A stretch of 64,000 bases of DNA from an uncultured bacterium. GTDB taxonomy: Bacteria > Krumholzibacteriota > Krumholzibacteriia > JACNKJ01. Location: positions 832,001-896,000 of the forward strand of contig CAVOFT010000001.1 in NCBI GenBank assembly GCA_963695095.1. The letters run 5' to 3'. The notes under the pieces are model-generated. The model was not told where the DNA came from. It did not search any database and was given only the letters and a program-made list of their open reading frames with translations. The translations under genes were made by a program, and so were the position numbers. Position 1 is the stretch's first letter. Each line of letters starts with the position of its first letter. This document shows positions 10,826 through 25,134 of the stretch, piece after piece.

Positions 10826-10955
10826 GGCTCAGCCCGGCCCGCGCCGGCCGGCGCGCAGGCGCGACCCTCGGTTGCGGAGCTAAGCGGCTTGTTCGGGCTC
10901 GCTTGCGCCTGGCCGGGGCAGGGGCTATCCTGAGGAACCCAGCCGGAGGCAGCTC

Positions 10956-11954
10956 GTGGTCCACTCGTCCGCGAAGAAAGAGCGCACCCTGCGCCTGCGC
11001 GCCCTCGTCCGGGCGGGCGGCGCCGCCTGCGCGCCCATGGCCGGCGTCACGGACCGCCCCTTCCGCCGCATCTGCCGCCGCATGGGCTCCCTCTACGTGA
11101 CCACGGAGTTCATCTCGAGCGTGGGCCTGGCCCGCGGCCGCGAGAAGGTGCGGGCCATGGCGCTCTATGATGAGGAAGAGCGCCCCCTGGGCATCCAGCT
11201 CTTCGGCGCCGACCCGGCGGCGATGGCGGCCGGCGCCCGCGCGGCGGCGGCGCTGGGGCCGGACTTCATCGACATCAACTTCGGCTGCCCGGTGAAGAAG
11301 GTGACGCGCACGAACGGCGGCTCCTCCTGCATGCGCGACCTCGGCCTCATGGAGCGCATCATCCGCGCCGTGGACGAGGCGGTGGACCTGCCCGTCACCG
11401 TCAAGATCCGCGCCGGCTGGGACGAGTCCCTGCTGAACGCCCCCGAGGCGGCGCAGATGGCCGAGGCGGCCGGCGTCACCTGGGTGGCCGTGCACGGCCG
11501 CACGCGGGCCCAGCTCTACTCGGGCCGGGCCGACCTGGACATCATCCGCCGCACGCGCGAGGCGGTGGCGATTCCTGTCATCGGCAACGGCGACGTCGTG
11601 GACGGCCCGAGCTGGCAGCGCATGGTGGACGCGACCGGCGTCGACACGGCGGTCGTGGGCCGCGGGGCCATCGGCAATCCCTGGATCTTCGGCGAGATCG
11701 AAGCCTGGCGGCGGGGCCAGCCCTGGCAGGGGCCCACGCTCGAGGACCGCATCGATCTGCTCATCGCCCACATGGAGGACAAGGTGGCCGAGCAGGGTGC
11801 CTGGCGCGGCATCGTCGCCTTCCGCAAGCAGATGAGCATGTACCTGCGCGGCCTGCCTCGCGTGGCCGAGCTGCGCCGCGAGCTCTTCGCCCTCGACGAG
11901 CCCGCGGCCGTGCGCGCGCTGCTCGAGGACTATCGCGGCCGCAGCGCCGCCTAG
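10956..11954 (+). CDS. dusB: tRNA-dihydrouridine synthase
   Basis: APMAGVTDRPFR, IDINFGCPVKKV, VTVKIRAGW, VHGRTRAQ, GNGDV, GRGAIGNPWIF. Confidence 0.92.
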   Translation: MVHSSAKKERTLRLRALVRAGGAACAPMAGVTDRPFRRICRRMGSLYVTTEFISSVGLARGREKVRAMALYDEEERPLGIQLFGADPAAMAAGARAAAALGPDFIDINFGCPVKKVTRTNGGSSCMRDLGLMERIIRAVDEAVDLPVTVKIRAGWDESLLNAPEAAQMAEAAGVTWVAVHGRTRAQLYSGRADLDIIRRTREAVAIPVIGNGDVVDGPSWQRMVDATGVDTAVVGRGAIGNPWIFGEIEAWRRGQPWQGPTLEDRIDLLIAHMEDKVAEQGAWRGIVAFRKQMSMYLRGLPRVAELRRELFALDEPAAVRALLEDYRGRSAA

Positions 11955-11968
11955 CGCAAGGAAGTTCA

Positions 11969-12754
11969 GTGGAGGAAGCGCGCATTCGCGAGCAGCTCGA
12001 GGGCCTGGCCGCCGGCCGGCTCAGCATCGAGCAGGCCCTGAGGGGCCTGGCCGGGCTGCACGTGGAGTCCCTCGGCCACACCCGCGTGGATCACCACCGC
12101 GCCCTGCGCACGGGCTTTCCCGAGGTCATCTACTGCGAGAGCAAGGAGCCGGGGCAGGTGGCCGAGATCGCCGTCGCCCTGGACGCGGCGGGCTGCCGCA
12201 TTCTCGGCACGCGGGCGCGGCGCGAGCACTTCGAGGCGGCGGCGGCCCGCGTGGAAGGGCTCGAGTACCACGAGCGGCCGCGGCTCTTCCTCAAGGGCCT
12301 GCCCGAGCGCGACGCCGCCAGCGGCCGCGTGCTGGTGGTCTGCGCGGGCACCAGCGACATTCCCGTGGCGGAAGAGGCCGCCTGGACGGCGCGCCTGGTC
12401 GGCGTGCACGTGGAGACCCTCTTCGACGCCGGCGTGGCCGGCGTGCACCGGCTCACCAGCCAGCGCGAGCTGCTGGACTGGGCCGACGCGATCATCGTCG
12501 TGGCGGGCATGGAGGGCGCCCTGCCCAGCGTGGTGGGCGGGCTCGTGCGCGTGCCGGTCGTCGCCGTGCCGACCAGCGTCGGCTACGGCGCTTCCTTCGG
12601 CGGCGTGGCCGCCCTGCTCGGCATGCTCAACAGCTGCGCCGTGGGGGTCAGCGTGATGAACATCGACAACGGCTTCGGCGCGGGGCTCGCCGCGGCGCGC
12701 TTCGCGCGCGCGCTGGGCGAAGCGGTCAAGCGCGATCGCGGGGAGCGGGCGTGA
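11969..12754 (+). CDS. larB: Nickel-pincer cofactor biosynthesis carboxylase/hydrolase (AIR-carboxylase family)
   Basis: RTGFPEVIY, AGTSDIPVAEEA, DAGVAGVHRL, VAGMEGALPS, VPTSVGYG, NIDNGFGA. Confidence 0.92.
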   Translation: MEEARIREQLEGLAAGRLSIEQALRGLAGLHVESLGHTRVDHHRALRTGFPEVIYCESKEPGQVAEIAVALDAAGCRILGTRARREHFEAAAARVEGLEYHERPRLFLKGLPERDAASGRVLVVCAGTSDIPVAEEAAWTARLVGVHVETLFDAGVAGVHRLTSQRELLDWADAIIVVAGMEGALPSVVGGLVRVPVVAVPTSVGYGASFGGVAALLGMLNSCAVGVSVMNIDNGFGAGLAAARFARALGEAVKRDRGERA

Positions 12755-14046
12755 GCGGGCACGAGCACGAAACGGCCCCCGGCGCCGCGCCGCGCTTCGC
12801 CGCCCGCGCGGAGCTGCTCTTTCCCGGCGCGAAGCGCCTGCTTTTCGTGGACGCGCCCAGCGGCATCGCGGGCGACATGTTCCTGGCCGCGCTGGCCGGG
12901 CTCGGCTTCGAGTTGGCGAGCCTGCAGGCCGCCTTCGCCCGCGCAGGCGTGCAGCTCACCCTTGCCGCCGAGCCCGTCACGCGCCACCACCTGGCGGGGC
13001 TGCACCTGCGGGCCGAGCTGCCCCACGAGCACGCGCACCGCGGCCTGCGAGATTGCCTCGATCTGCTCGCGCGGCTCGAGCTGCCGGCCCCGGCCACGGC
13101 GCTCGCCGCCCGCTGCTTTCGACGCCTGGCCGAAGTGGAGGCCGCGCTCCACGCCACCAGCCCCGAGCGCGTGCACTTCCACGAGGTGGGGGCCATGGAC
13201 TCCCTGCTCGACATCGCGGGGGCGGCCGCGGGCCTCGCCGCGCTGGGCGTCGGGCGCGTCTACCTGCGCGAGCTGGCGGTGGGCCACGGCACGGTGAAGA
13301 CGGCCCACGGCCTGCTGCCGGTGCCCGCGCCCGCCACGCTCGCGCTCCTCGCGGGCTTTCCCCTGCGCGAGACGGACGTCGAGGCCGAGCTGGTGACGCC
13401 GACCGGCGCGCTCATCCTCGCCGAAACGGCCGCGCCCGCACCGCTGGGCCTCGCCTGGCGGCCCCTGGCCACGGCCTATGGCGCCGGCACGCGGGAGATC
13501 CCGGGCCGGCCCAACCTGCTGCGCCTCACCCTGGCCGAAGCGCTGCCGGCCGCCGGCGAGGACGGCCTCCTCCACCGCGAGCTGCCGCTGCTCCGCTGCA
13601 CGGTGGACGACATGAGCGCCGAGCGTTGCGGCTATCTCATGGAGCGGCTCTTCGAGGCCGGCGCCCTGGACGTGCACTTCCGCCCGCTGCAGATGAAGAA
13701 GAACCGGCCCGGCATCGAGATCGAGGTGCTGGCGAGCGAGGACGCCGATCTGCTCGCCCGCCTGCAGGGCCTGCTCTTCACCGAGACCAGCACGCTGGGC
13801 CTGCGCATCGCGCGCGAGGAGCGCGTGGAACTGCCACGGCACTTCGAGCGCGTGACCACGCCCTTCGGCGAGGTGACGATGAAGGTGGCCAGGCTTCCCG
13901 GCGGCGCGCGCCGGGCGGCGCCCGAGTACGAGGACTGCGCACGGCTGGCCCGCGCCAGCGGCCGGCCCCTGGCCGACATCGAGGAAGCGGCGCGCAGCGC
14001 CTGGGCGCGCCGCCAGAAAGACGACCCCATGGAGGAATCCCGGTGA
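12751..14046 (+). CDS. larC: Nickel-pincer cofactor nickel insertase
   Basis: SGIAGDMFL, His-rich HEHAH, VHFHEVGAMDS, HGLLPVPAPAT, ELVTPTGA, MKKNRPG, ETSTLG, PEYEDC. Confidence 0.92.
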   Translation: MSGHEHETAPGAAPRFAARAELLFPGAKRLLFVDAPSGIAGDMFLAALAGLGFELASLQAAFARAGVQLTLAAEPVTRHHLAGLHLRAELPHEHAHRGLRDCLDLLARLELPAPATALAARCFRRLAEVEAALHATSPERVHFHEVGAMDSLLDIAGAAAGLAALGVGRVYLRELAVGHGTVKTAHGLLPVPAPATLALLAGFPLRETDVEAELVTPTGALILAETAAPAPLGLAWRPLATAYGAGTREIPGRPNLLRLTLAEALPAAGEDGLLHRELPLLRCTVDDMSAERCGYLMERLFEAGALDVHFRPLQMKKNRPGIEIEVLASEDADLLARLQGLLFTETSTLGLRIAREERVELPRHFERVTTPFGEVTMKVARLPGGARRAAPEYEDCARLARASGRPLADIEEAARSAWARRQKDDPMEESR

Positions 14047-14858
14047 GATTCGTGACCCACGCCAAGCTGCGCCTCTTGCCGGCGCTGATTGCCATCGCGC
14101 TCCTGGCGCCCGCCTGCAGCCAGAAGCAGGCCCCGCCGCGGGGCTCGACGACCAAGCCCGCCCGGACCTCGCCCTTCGATCTGCCGGACGAGGCGCCGCC
14201 CCGCGAGCCCGGTCTCGTGCATCTCGTCAAGACGGGCGAGACCTGGGCCGCCCTCGCCGAGGACTACTACGGCGACGCCGACCGCGCCCGCGGCCTGCGC
14301 CGCGCCAATCCCGACAACGCCGCGGAGCCCGCGCCCGGGGAGGAGGTCTTCATCCCCTTCACGGCGCGCGAGCGAAGCGCCTACGCAGAGCGCGCCGAGG
14401 CGCGCGGGCCCTACAATCGCGGCCTCGAGCTGGCGCAGGCGGGCGAGTACCCCGACGCGATTCTCAAGTTCGAGGAGGCGATCGAGCGCGATCCCCGCCT
14501 CGCGCGCGCCCACTACAACCTGGGCCTCGTCTACCAGCGCGCGGGGCAATCGCGGCGAGCGGTGTCCAGTCTCCAGAAGGCCAGCGAGCTGACGCCCAGC
14601 GCCGACTACCGCTATGCCCTCGGTCTCGCCCTGCACGAGGTGGGCGAGATGGGCAAGGCCGAGCGCGCCTTCCGTTCCGCCCTCGAGCTGGACCCGGCCC
14701 ACTTGCCGAGCCTCTATGCGCTGGCCCGCGCGCTCGACGAGCGCGAGAGCGGCGAGGCGGATCGCTACTGGCGCGCCGTGCTGGCCGCCGACCCCGAGGG
14801 CGCGCGCGGGCGCGAGGCCGCCGAGGCCCTGGGCCTGTCGCTGCAGCAGGAGCCCTGA
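14043..14858 (+). CDS. Lipoprotein with LysM-like domain and TPR repeats
   Basis: LLAPAC lipobox; HLVKTGETWAALAEDYYG; AHYNLGLVY and YRYALGLAL TPR motifs; GTGA overlap with larC. Confidence 0.8.
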   Translation: MRFVTHAKLRLLPALIAIALLAPACSQKQAPPRGSTTKPARTSPFDLPDEAPPREPGLVHLVKTGETWAALAEDYYGDADRARGLRRANPDNAAEPAPGEEVFIPFTARERSAYAERAEARGPYNRGLELAQAGEYPDAILKFEEAIERDPRLARAHYNLGLVYQRAGQSRRAVSSLQKASELTPSADYRYALGLALHEVGEMGKAERAFRSALELDPAHLPSLYALARALDERESGEADRYWRAVLAADPEGARGREAAEALGLSLQQEP

Positions 14859-14880
14859 GCATGCGCGGAGGCCGCCTGCG

Positions 14881-16299
14881 ATGAGCACCCTCATCGAGGC
14901 GCGGGGCCTCAGGGTGATCCGCGGCGGCCGGCGCTTGCTCGATGATGTGGATCTGAGCCTGCGCGCGGGCGAGCACTGGCTCCTCTGGGGCGCCAACGGC
15001 TCGGGCAAGACCACTCTGGCCCGCGTGCTCGCGGGCTTCCTGGCGCCCGATGCGGGCAGCCTGGCCTACGCCGCCGGGCTCGAGCCGCCGCTGCCCCTGC
15101 TCGTCGCCGATCCCGATGCCCAGCTCGCCGCGGCCAGCGTGCGCGACGAGGTGGCGCTCGGCGCGCGCCGTCCGGGGGAGCCGCGGCTCGACCGATCGGG
15201 ACGCGGGCCGGCGGCGGCGCGCATCGGCGCCGCGCTGGCCAACTATCGTCTCGAAGCGCTGGCCGCGCGCAATCCGCACGCCCTCTCGGGGGGCGAGAAG
15301 CGGCGGCTCAATCTCGCTGCCCTCGCCGTGCTCGAGGCGCCGCTGCTCATCCTCGACGAGCCCGAGCTGCACCTGGACCCGCCCTCCTGGCAGGGCTGCT
15401 GTGCGCTGCTGGCAGCGTGGCGGGCTGCCGGTGAAGGCCGCACGCTGCTCGAGATCAGCCGCGACCCCGCGCGCGCGCTCCTCGCCGATCGCCTGCTGGT
15501 GCTGCACGAAGGGCGCCTCGTCGGCGCCGGTCCGCCGCGCGAGGTCTACGCGGCGCTCAGCGGCCAAGGCCTGCCGATCCCGCGCGTGGCGGCCTGGGAG
15601 CCGTCTTCGCCCGCGCCGCCCGCGCCGCCGCTACCCGCACCTGGCGCGCCCCTGCTCCGGGCCGAGGGCCTGCGTCTCGCGCGCCCCGGCGGCGGCGCGC
15701 CCGTGCTCGCGGGGCTGGAACTCACGATCGCCACGAATGAGCGCCTGCTCCTGCTCGGCGACAACGGCAGCGGCAAGAGCGCCCTGCTCACGATCCTGGC
15801 GGGGCTCGCCGATCCCGAGGGCGGCCGCCTCTGGTACGATCCCGCCGCCCAGCCCGCCGCCCTCGCTTTTCAGGAGCCGGAGCGGGTATGCTTCGCCGAG
15901 CGCGTCGAGGACGAGGTGGCCTTCGGGCCCCGGCGGCGGCAGGGACTCGGCGGCGAGGCGCTGGCGGCGCGCGTCCAGGGCGCGCTGGCGGCCATGGGCC
16001 TGCCGCCGGCGGACTTCGCCGCGCGGGACCCCTTCCGGCTCTCGGCCGGCGAGCAGCGGCGGGTGGCCCTGGCCAGCGTGATGGCCTTGGCTCCTGGCCT
16101 GCTGCTTCTCGACGAGCCGGGCGCGGGCCTGGACGCCGAGGGCTGGGCCAAGCTGCTCGCCGCGTTGGCCGCCTGGCCAGGCGCGCTCGTCTGGGCCGAT
16201 TGCCGGCCGCCCGTCGGGGCCGAGCAGAGCTTTCATCGCTGCCTGCGCCTCCGGGCCGGGCGGCTCGAGCCCGCCGCGGCGGGTGGAGGGGAGGCCTGA
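14881..16299 (+). CDS. Duplicated ABC ATPase of ECF-transporter type
   Basis: Two Walker A motifs (GANGSGKT, GDNGSGKS) and two signatures (LSGGEKRR, LSAGEQRR); VEDEVAFG. Confidence 0.82.
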   Translation: MSTLIEARGLRVIRGGRRLLDDVDLSLRAGEHWLLWGANGSGKTTLARVLAGFLAPDAGSLAYAAGLEPPLPLLVADPDAQLAAASVRDEVALGARRPGEPRLDRSGRGPAAARIGAALANYRLEALAARNPHALSGGEKRRLNLAALAVLEAPLLILDEPELHLDPPSWQGCCALLAAWRAAGEGRTLLEISRDPARALLADRLLVLHEGRLVGAGPPREVYAALSGQGLPIPRVAAWEPSSPAPPAPPLPAPGAPLLRAEGLRLARPGGGAPVLAGLELTIATNERLLLLGDNGSGKSALLTILAGLADPEGGRLWYDPAAQPAALAFQEPERVCFAERVEDEVAFGPRRRQGLGGEALAARVQGALAAMGLPPADFAARDPFRLSAGEQRRVALASVMALAPGLLLLDEPGAGLDAEGWAKLLAALAAWPGALVWADCRPPVGAEQSFHRCLRLRAGRLEPAAAGGGEA

Positions 16300-17134
16300 G
16301 GGCTTGAGGCGGGTCTACCAGAACGTGAAGCACTATCTGCGCTTTCTCGCGCGCGAGTACCAGCGTGACCGCTGTGCGCAGGCTGCGGCCGCGCTGGCCT
16401 TCGGCACCCTGCTCAGCCTGGTGCCCCTGGCCGCCCTGCTCGGCTGGCTGACGCGGCCCTTCCACCGCTACATTTCCAATCCCCTGGACCAGGTGGCGCC
16501 CTTCTTCACGCCGACGCCGCGCCTGCAGGAGATCATCAGCGGCAGCGTGGAGCGCTACACGGGCAACGCCACGCAGCTCGGCTTGATCGGCCTGCTGTTC
16601 TTCCTGCCTGTGGCCTGGGGCATGCTCGCCTCGGTGGAGAGCGTGATCAACGACATCTGGCACGTGCAGCGACGGCGCGGGCACTTCCGCCGCCTCGCGC
16701 ACTTCTGGGCGGCGGTGATCTTCGCGCCGCTGCTCTTCTTCGCCAGTGCGACGCTCAGGCAGGCCATCAACCGGGCGATCATCTTGGAGGGCCTCACCGA
16801 TTCGCGCGCGGTGAACTGGCTCCTGGCCGACGCCCTGCCCTTCCTGCTGCTCGTGGCTTCGGCGACCCTGGCCTACTGGATCCTGCCCAACAAGCACGTG
16901 CGCTTCGGCTCGGCCGTGCTGGGCGGTGCCGTGACGGCCATGCTCTATCACCTCGTGCGCTGGGGCTTCGGGCTCTACGTCTCGAAGATCGGCGCTTACG
17001 ACCGCATCTACGGCCTGCTGGGCGTGATCCCGGCTTTCCTCATCTGGCTCTTCCTGGTGTGGTCGGTGGTGCTGCTCGGCGCCGAGGTGGCCTACAGCGC
17101 CCAGCATCCCTGGGACGAAGAGCCGCCGCGCTGA
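16283..17134 (+). CDS. YihY/BrkB-family inner-membrane protein (start uncertain)
   Basis: AAALAFGTLLSLVP, INDIW, YDRIYG, LIWLFLVWSVVLLGAEV. Confidence 0.88.
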   Translation: MEGRPEGLRRVYQNVKHYLRFLAREYQRDRCAQAAAALAFGTLLSLVPLAALLGWLTRPFHRYISNPLDQVAPFFTPTPRLQEIISGSVERYTGNATQLGLIGLLFFLPVAWGMLASVESVINDIWHVQRRRGHFRRLAHFWAAVIFAPLLFFASATLRQAINRAIILEGLTDSRAVNWLLADALPFLLLVASATLAYWILPNKHVRFGSAVLGGAVTAMLYHLVRWGFGLYVSKIGAYDRIYGLLGVIPAFLIWLFLVWSVVLLGAEVAYSAQHPWDEEPPR

Positions 17135-17310
17135 GCGGGCGGCCCGGATCGCGCTTTCTGCCCGGCGCTTCAATACAAAAAAAAATCAGAGTGCAAGGTC
17201 CGGTAGTCTGCGATCGGCAGGGCCTGCGTGCCGGCCCTGATTTTGCCGCAGTCCTGACATCCGGCCGCCGCGCGCGGCGCGGCGGCAGTCGCCTCTGATT
17301 GTCGCTCGTG

Positions 17311-17339
17311 TTGACAGGGAAGCTGAGTCGTGGCAAACT
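17311..17339 (+). promoter_or_regulatory. Possible sigma70 promoter for the 17470 gene
   Basis: TTGACA-17 nt-CAAACT preceded by TG. Confidence 0.4.
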
Positions 17340-17469
17340 CAAACATCGAGTGCATGTGTGAGAGGAACCCTGGCGGGAGGCACGTCTTGCGTCGATCGAC
17401 GAAGGCGGACCCGACTTGGCTGTCGCACCCCGGCCCAGCGCCCTGGAGATGGGCGCGAGGAGAGCAGCG

Positions 17470-18039
17470 ATGAACATGGGACGCCGTTCGCAAATTCTCG
17501 TCGCCGCGCTGAGCGCGGTCGCGGGCTTGGTCGGGAGCTCGGTGGCCGCGACCCCATGGCAGACCCTGACCCTGGGGCTGGGCGAGCGCGAGATCATCAT
17601 GCCGGCCGAGTGGGCGGGAATCTGGCAGGTCCAGACCGACAGGATCGATTGCGAAACCCTGGCCGTACTGAATTCGATCACCGAGGAAGACACCACCTGC
17701 GCGGGCGATGTCTTCATTTACGACGCGGGGGAGGGCGAGTTCACCTGCACGGAGAGCGTCAACGGGAACACGTTGACCATCTCTTGCTCGGGTACGTTCC
17801 CGCTCGACGAGGGCTGTGACATCGTGTCCCAGTTCGACCTGACGATCACTCGCAGCGATGACAGCTTCGCCGGTGCTCAGATCCTGACGCAGACGACCCA
17901 GGGCGAGGGCTGCGAATTCCCGTTCTCGATGTGCGACCGCTACGAGTTCACTGGCACGCGCATCGGGCCGCCGCCTGCGTCCTGCTTCACCCCCGTCGAG
18001 ACGCGCTCCTGGAGCACGATCAAGGTGCTCTACCACTAG
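17470..18039 (+). CDS. Secreted Cys-rich acidic hypothetical protein with C-terminal SWSTIKVLYH tail
   Basis: GAGGAG RBS, signal peptide, 8 Cys, ends TPVETRSWSTIKVLYH. Confidence 0.8.
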   Translation: MNMGRRSQILVAALSAVAGLVGSSVAATPWQTLTLGLGEREIIMPAEWAGIWQVQTDRIDCETLAVLNSITEEDTTCAGDVFIYDAGEGEFTCTESVNGNTLTISCSGTFPLDEGCDIVSQFDLTITRSDDSFAGAQILTQTTQGEGCEFPFSMCDRYEFTGTRIGPPPASCFTPVETRSWSTIKVLYH

Positions 18040-18166
18040 CCCGTGGCCCCGCACGGAATGGGGCCGACCCTGCGCTGGGCAAACCCCTGGGCACGCTAGC
18101 CCACTGGCACTCGGCAAGACGCTGTGCTAGGCTCCCTCGTTGGCCAACCGACGAAGGGACGCACCC

Positions 18167-19533
18167 ATGGACAAGGTGATCGCCAGGATCCGCGGCGCCG
18201 CCGAGCGGCAGCGCGCCGAGCTCTTCGAGCTGCTCAGCATCCCCAGCATCAGCGCCGAGCCCGCCCGCAAGGCGGACATGCAGCGCACGGCGCAGTGGCT
18301 GCTCACCAAGCTGCAAGGCATGGGGGTGAAGAGCGAGATCATCCCGACGCCGGGCCACGCCCTGGTCTACGGCGAACACCTCGCCGCCAAGGGCGCGCCC
18401 ACGGTGCTCATCTACGGCCACTACGACGTGCAGCCCGTGGATCCGCTCGAGCTCTGGACCACGCCGCCCTTCGAGCCGACCATCCGCAACGAGGCCGTCT
18501 TCGCGCGCGGCTCCTCGGACGACAAGGGCCAGGTGCTCTGCCACCTCCTCGCCGTCGAGGCCCTGCTCGCGGAGACCGGCGGCCTGCCGGTGAACCTGAA
18601 GCTCCTCATCGAGGGCGAGGAGGAGGTCGGCAGCCCGAACCTGACGCCCTTCGTCGCGGCGAATCGCGAGAAGCTCGCCTGTGACGCGCTGGTCGTGAGC
18701 GACAGCGCCTTCTTCGCCAAGGGCGTGCCCAGCCTCGTCTACGGCCTGCGCGGGCTCTGCTACATCGAGGTCTTCTTGCAGGGGCCCAACCGCGACCTGC
18801 ACAGCGGCAGCTTCGGCGGCGGCGTGACCAACCCGGCGGACGCTCTGGCGGGTATGATCGCCGCGCTGCACGACGGCGAGCGCCGCATCGCCGTGCCCGG
18901 CTTCTACGACAAGGTGCGCCCGCTCAGCCCCGCCGAGCGCGAGGAGTACAAGCGCCTGCCGCACAGCGACGAGGCCTACATGAAGGAGCTGGGCGTCAGC
19001 GGGCTCCTCGGCGAGGCCGGCTACAGCACGCTGGAGCGGGTCTCGGGCCGGCCGACGCTGGAAGTGAACGGCATCTGGGGCGGCTACACGGGCGAGGGCG
19101 CGAAGACCGTGCTCCCCGCCAAGGCGGCCGCCAAGATCAGTTGCCGCCTCGTGCCCGACCAGGACCCGGACGAGATTGCCAAGCTGCTCGAGGCGCAGCT
19201 GAAGCGCCTGGCGCCGGCCGGGATCAAGGTCGAGGTGAAGCAGCACCACGGCGGGCGGCCCTTCATCGCCGCCCTGGACAGCCCCTACATCGAGGCCGGC
19301 AAGGCCGCCCTGGCCGCCGCCTTCGGCAAGCAGCCCGTGCTGGCCCGCGAGGGCGGCAGCATCCCGGTGGTGGAGGCCTTCCACCGCGAGCTGAAGGCAC
19401 CGGTGGTGCTCATGGGCCTGGGCTTGCCCGACGATAACCTGCATTCTCCCAACGAGAAGCTGGACCTGGAGCAGTTCCACAAGGGCATCGAAGCGGCCGC
19501 GCACTTCCTGGCGCTGGCGGGAAAGGTGAGGGG

Positions 19534-19537
<4 letters not shown>
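18167..19537 (+). CDS. M20 family dipeptidase
   Basis: [42 protein letters not shown]. Confidence 0.92.
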
Positions 19538-20722
<1,185 letters not shown>

Positions 20723-20730
<8 letters not shown>

Positions 20731-20836
20731 TCTCGGCGCTCTGCTGCTGAAGGGGCTGCTCATCCTCGTCGCCCTCATCGCGCTGCGCGAACTGCTCAAG
20801 CGCGGCGGCGGCAGCGGCGGCTGCTGAGGCTCCTAG
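20723..20836 (+). CDS. Small single-TM protein: 34 aa if TGA 20825 is a stop, 37 aa if it is read as selenocysteine
   Basis: GGAGGAG RBS (20712-20718) then [37 protein letters not shown](TGA)-GS-TAG; codon usage typical of the host; too short for the ORF track. Confidence 0.6.
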
Positions 20837-20855
20837 CTGCCGCGGTCGCGGCAGG

Positions 20856-24005
<3,150 letters not shown>

Positions 24006-24159
24006 CTAGCGTTGAGTCGTTTCTCCATATCTGCAACAGGCGGACACTAGCGGATCCACACGCCATTCTCAAGATCCTCGGCGCGGAAACAGGATCAGCC
24101 GAGATGCCTGCGAAGGGGTAGGAGCGCCCAGCCCCCTCCTGGCGGCCTTGCGGTGCTCG

Positions 24160-24318
24160 CTACTGTACGCCGACGATGCCCCCTCCCGGCAGCGCCGCAG
24201 TGCGCGCATTGCCGAGACCGGCGTCGGGCCCGCCGAAGCGCAGTCCGTTCGCCGCGGCATATGCCGCACACACCGCATCGACATCCTTGGTCACGATTTC
24301 GAGGTAGTAGAACTGCAT
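24160..24318 (-). pseudogene. Truncated VOC/glyoxalase-like protein (N-terminal half only)
   Basis: MQFYYLEIVTKDVDAVCAAYAAANGLRFGGPDAGLGNARTAALPGGGIVGVQ then stop; no second VOC half is visible downstream. Confidence 0.55.
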
Positions 24319-24540
24319 CGGGCATGGTCCTCGGCTAAGGAAGTCGTCCGTACTCGTCCTGGCTGACGCGCAGCCTAGCACGGAATCCGCAACGGCGACC
24401 ATGAGCACGCGAACCGCGAGTTGAGCACCCCGAGGTCGGGATCGTCTTGGCTCCCGCCGCGGCCGGGGTTATTCTCCCCGCGACCGTGTAAACAGCCTTC
24501 CGCCTCGCCTCGTCATCGGGCCAAGCAAGGAGACGCGACG

Positions 24541-25134
24541 GTGACTGGCGACAACAAGCATCAGCAAGACAGGGAGCGCGCCCAGAGAGCCTTTGCGGGC
24601 GACGAGCGAGCCTGGCGGGCCATCTACGACGAGACCTGCCAGACGCTCTTCAACCTGCTGGCTTTCCAGACCGGGGATCGCGACGCCGCCCTCGACCTCC
24701 TGCAGGAGACCTACCTCACGGCCCTGCGCCGCCTGGACCGCTATCGGGGCGATGGCCCCCTGGGGGCCTGGCTGCGGCGCATCGCCCTGCGCAAGGCGCT
24801 GGACTGGCGCCGCGGCTTCGTCAGCCGCGCGCGCCGGCACCTGGCCTTCGGGCTCGCCGCGCCGCAGGAAGCGCCGCCCGCGCCCGCCCCGCACTTCGCG
24901 GGCGAGCGGACGGCCTTCCTCGCCGCGCTCGGCCGGCTCTCGGCCAAGCAGCGCGCCGCGCTGATCCTGCGCGAGGTCGAGGACCTCTCCTTCACCGAGA
25001 TCGGCAGCGCCCTGGGCTGCCGCGAGGCGACGGTCCGCGTGCACCTGCACCGGGCCAAGGAGAGCATGCGGCGCGCCCTCGGGCAGGGCGAGCGCCCCCT
25101 CTTTGCCGAGGAAGCGGAAGGATGGCAGCCATGA
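24541..25134 (+). CDS. ECF RNA polymerase sigma factor
   Basis: AAGGAG RBS; DLLQETYL, AWLRRIA (region 2); LSAKQRAALILREVEDLSFTEIG...TVRVHLHRA (region 4). Confidence 0.92.
   Translation: MTGDNKHQQDRERAQRAFAGDERAWRAIYDETCQTLFNLLAFQTGDRDAALDLLQETYLTALRRLDRYRGDGPLGAWLRRIALRKALDWRRGFVSRARRHLAFGLAAPQEAPPAPAPHFAGERTAFLAALGRLSAKQRAALILREVEDLSFTEIGSALGCREATVRVHLHRAKESMRRALGQGERPLFAEEAEGWQP

Noticed and set aside
17330..17460. c-di-GMP (GEMM) or SAM riboswitch suggested by GGCAAAC
   Set aside because: The remaining conserved elements are not recognisable, and GGCAAAC overlaps a likely -10 box.
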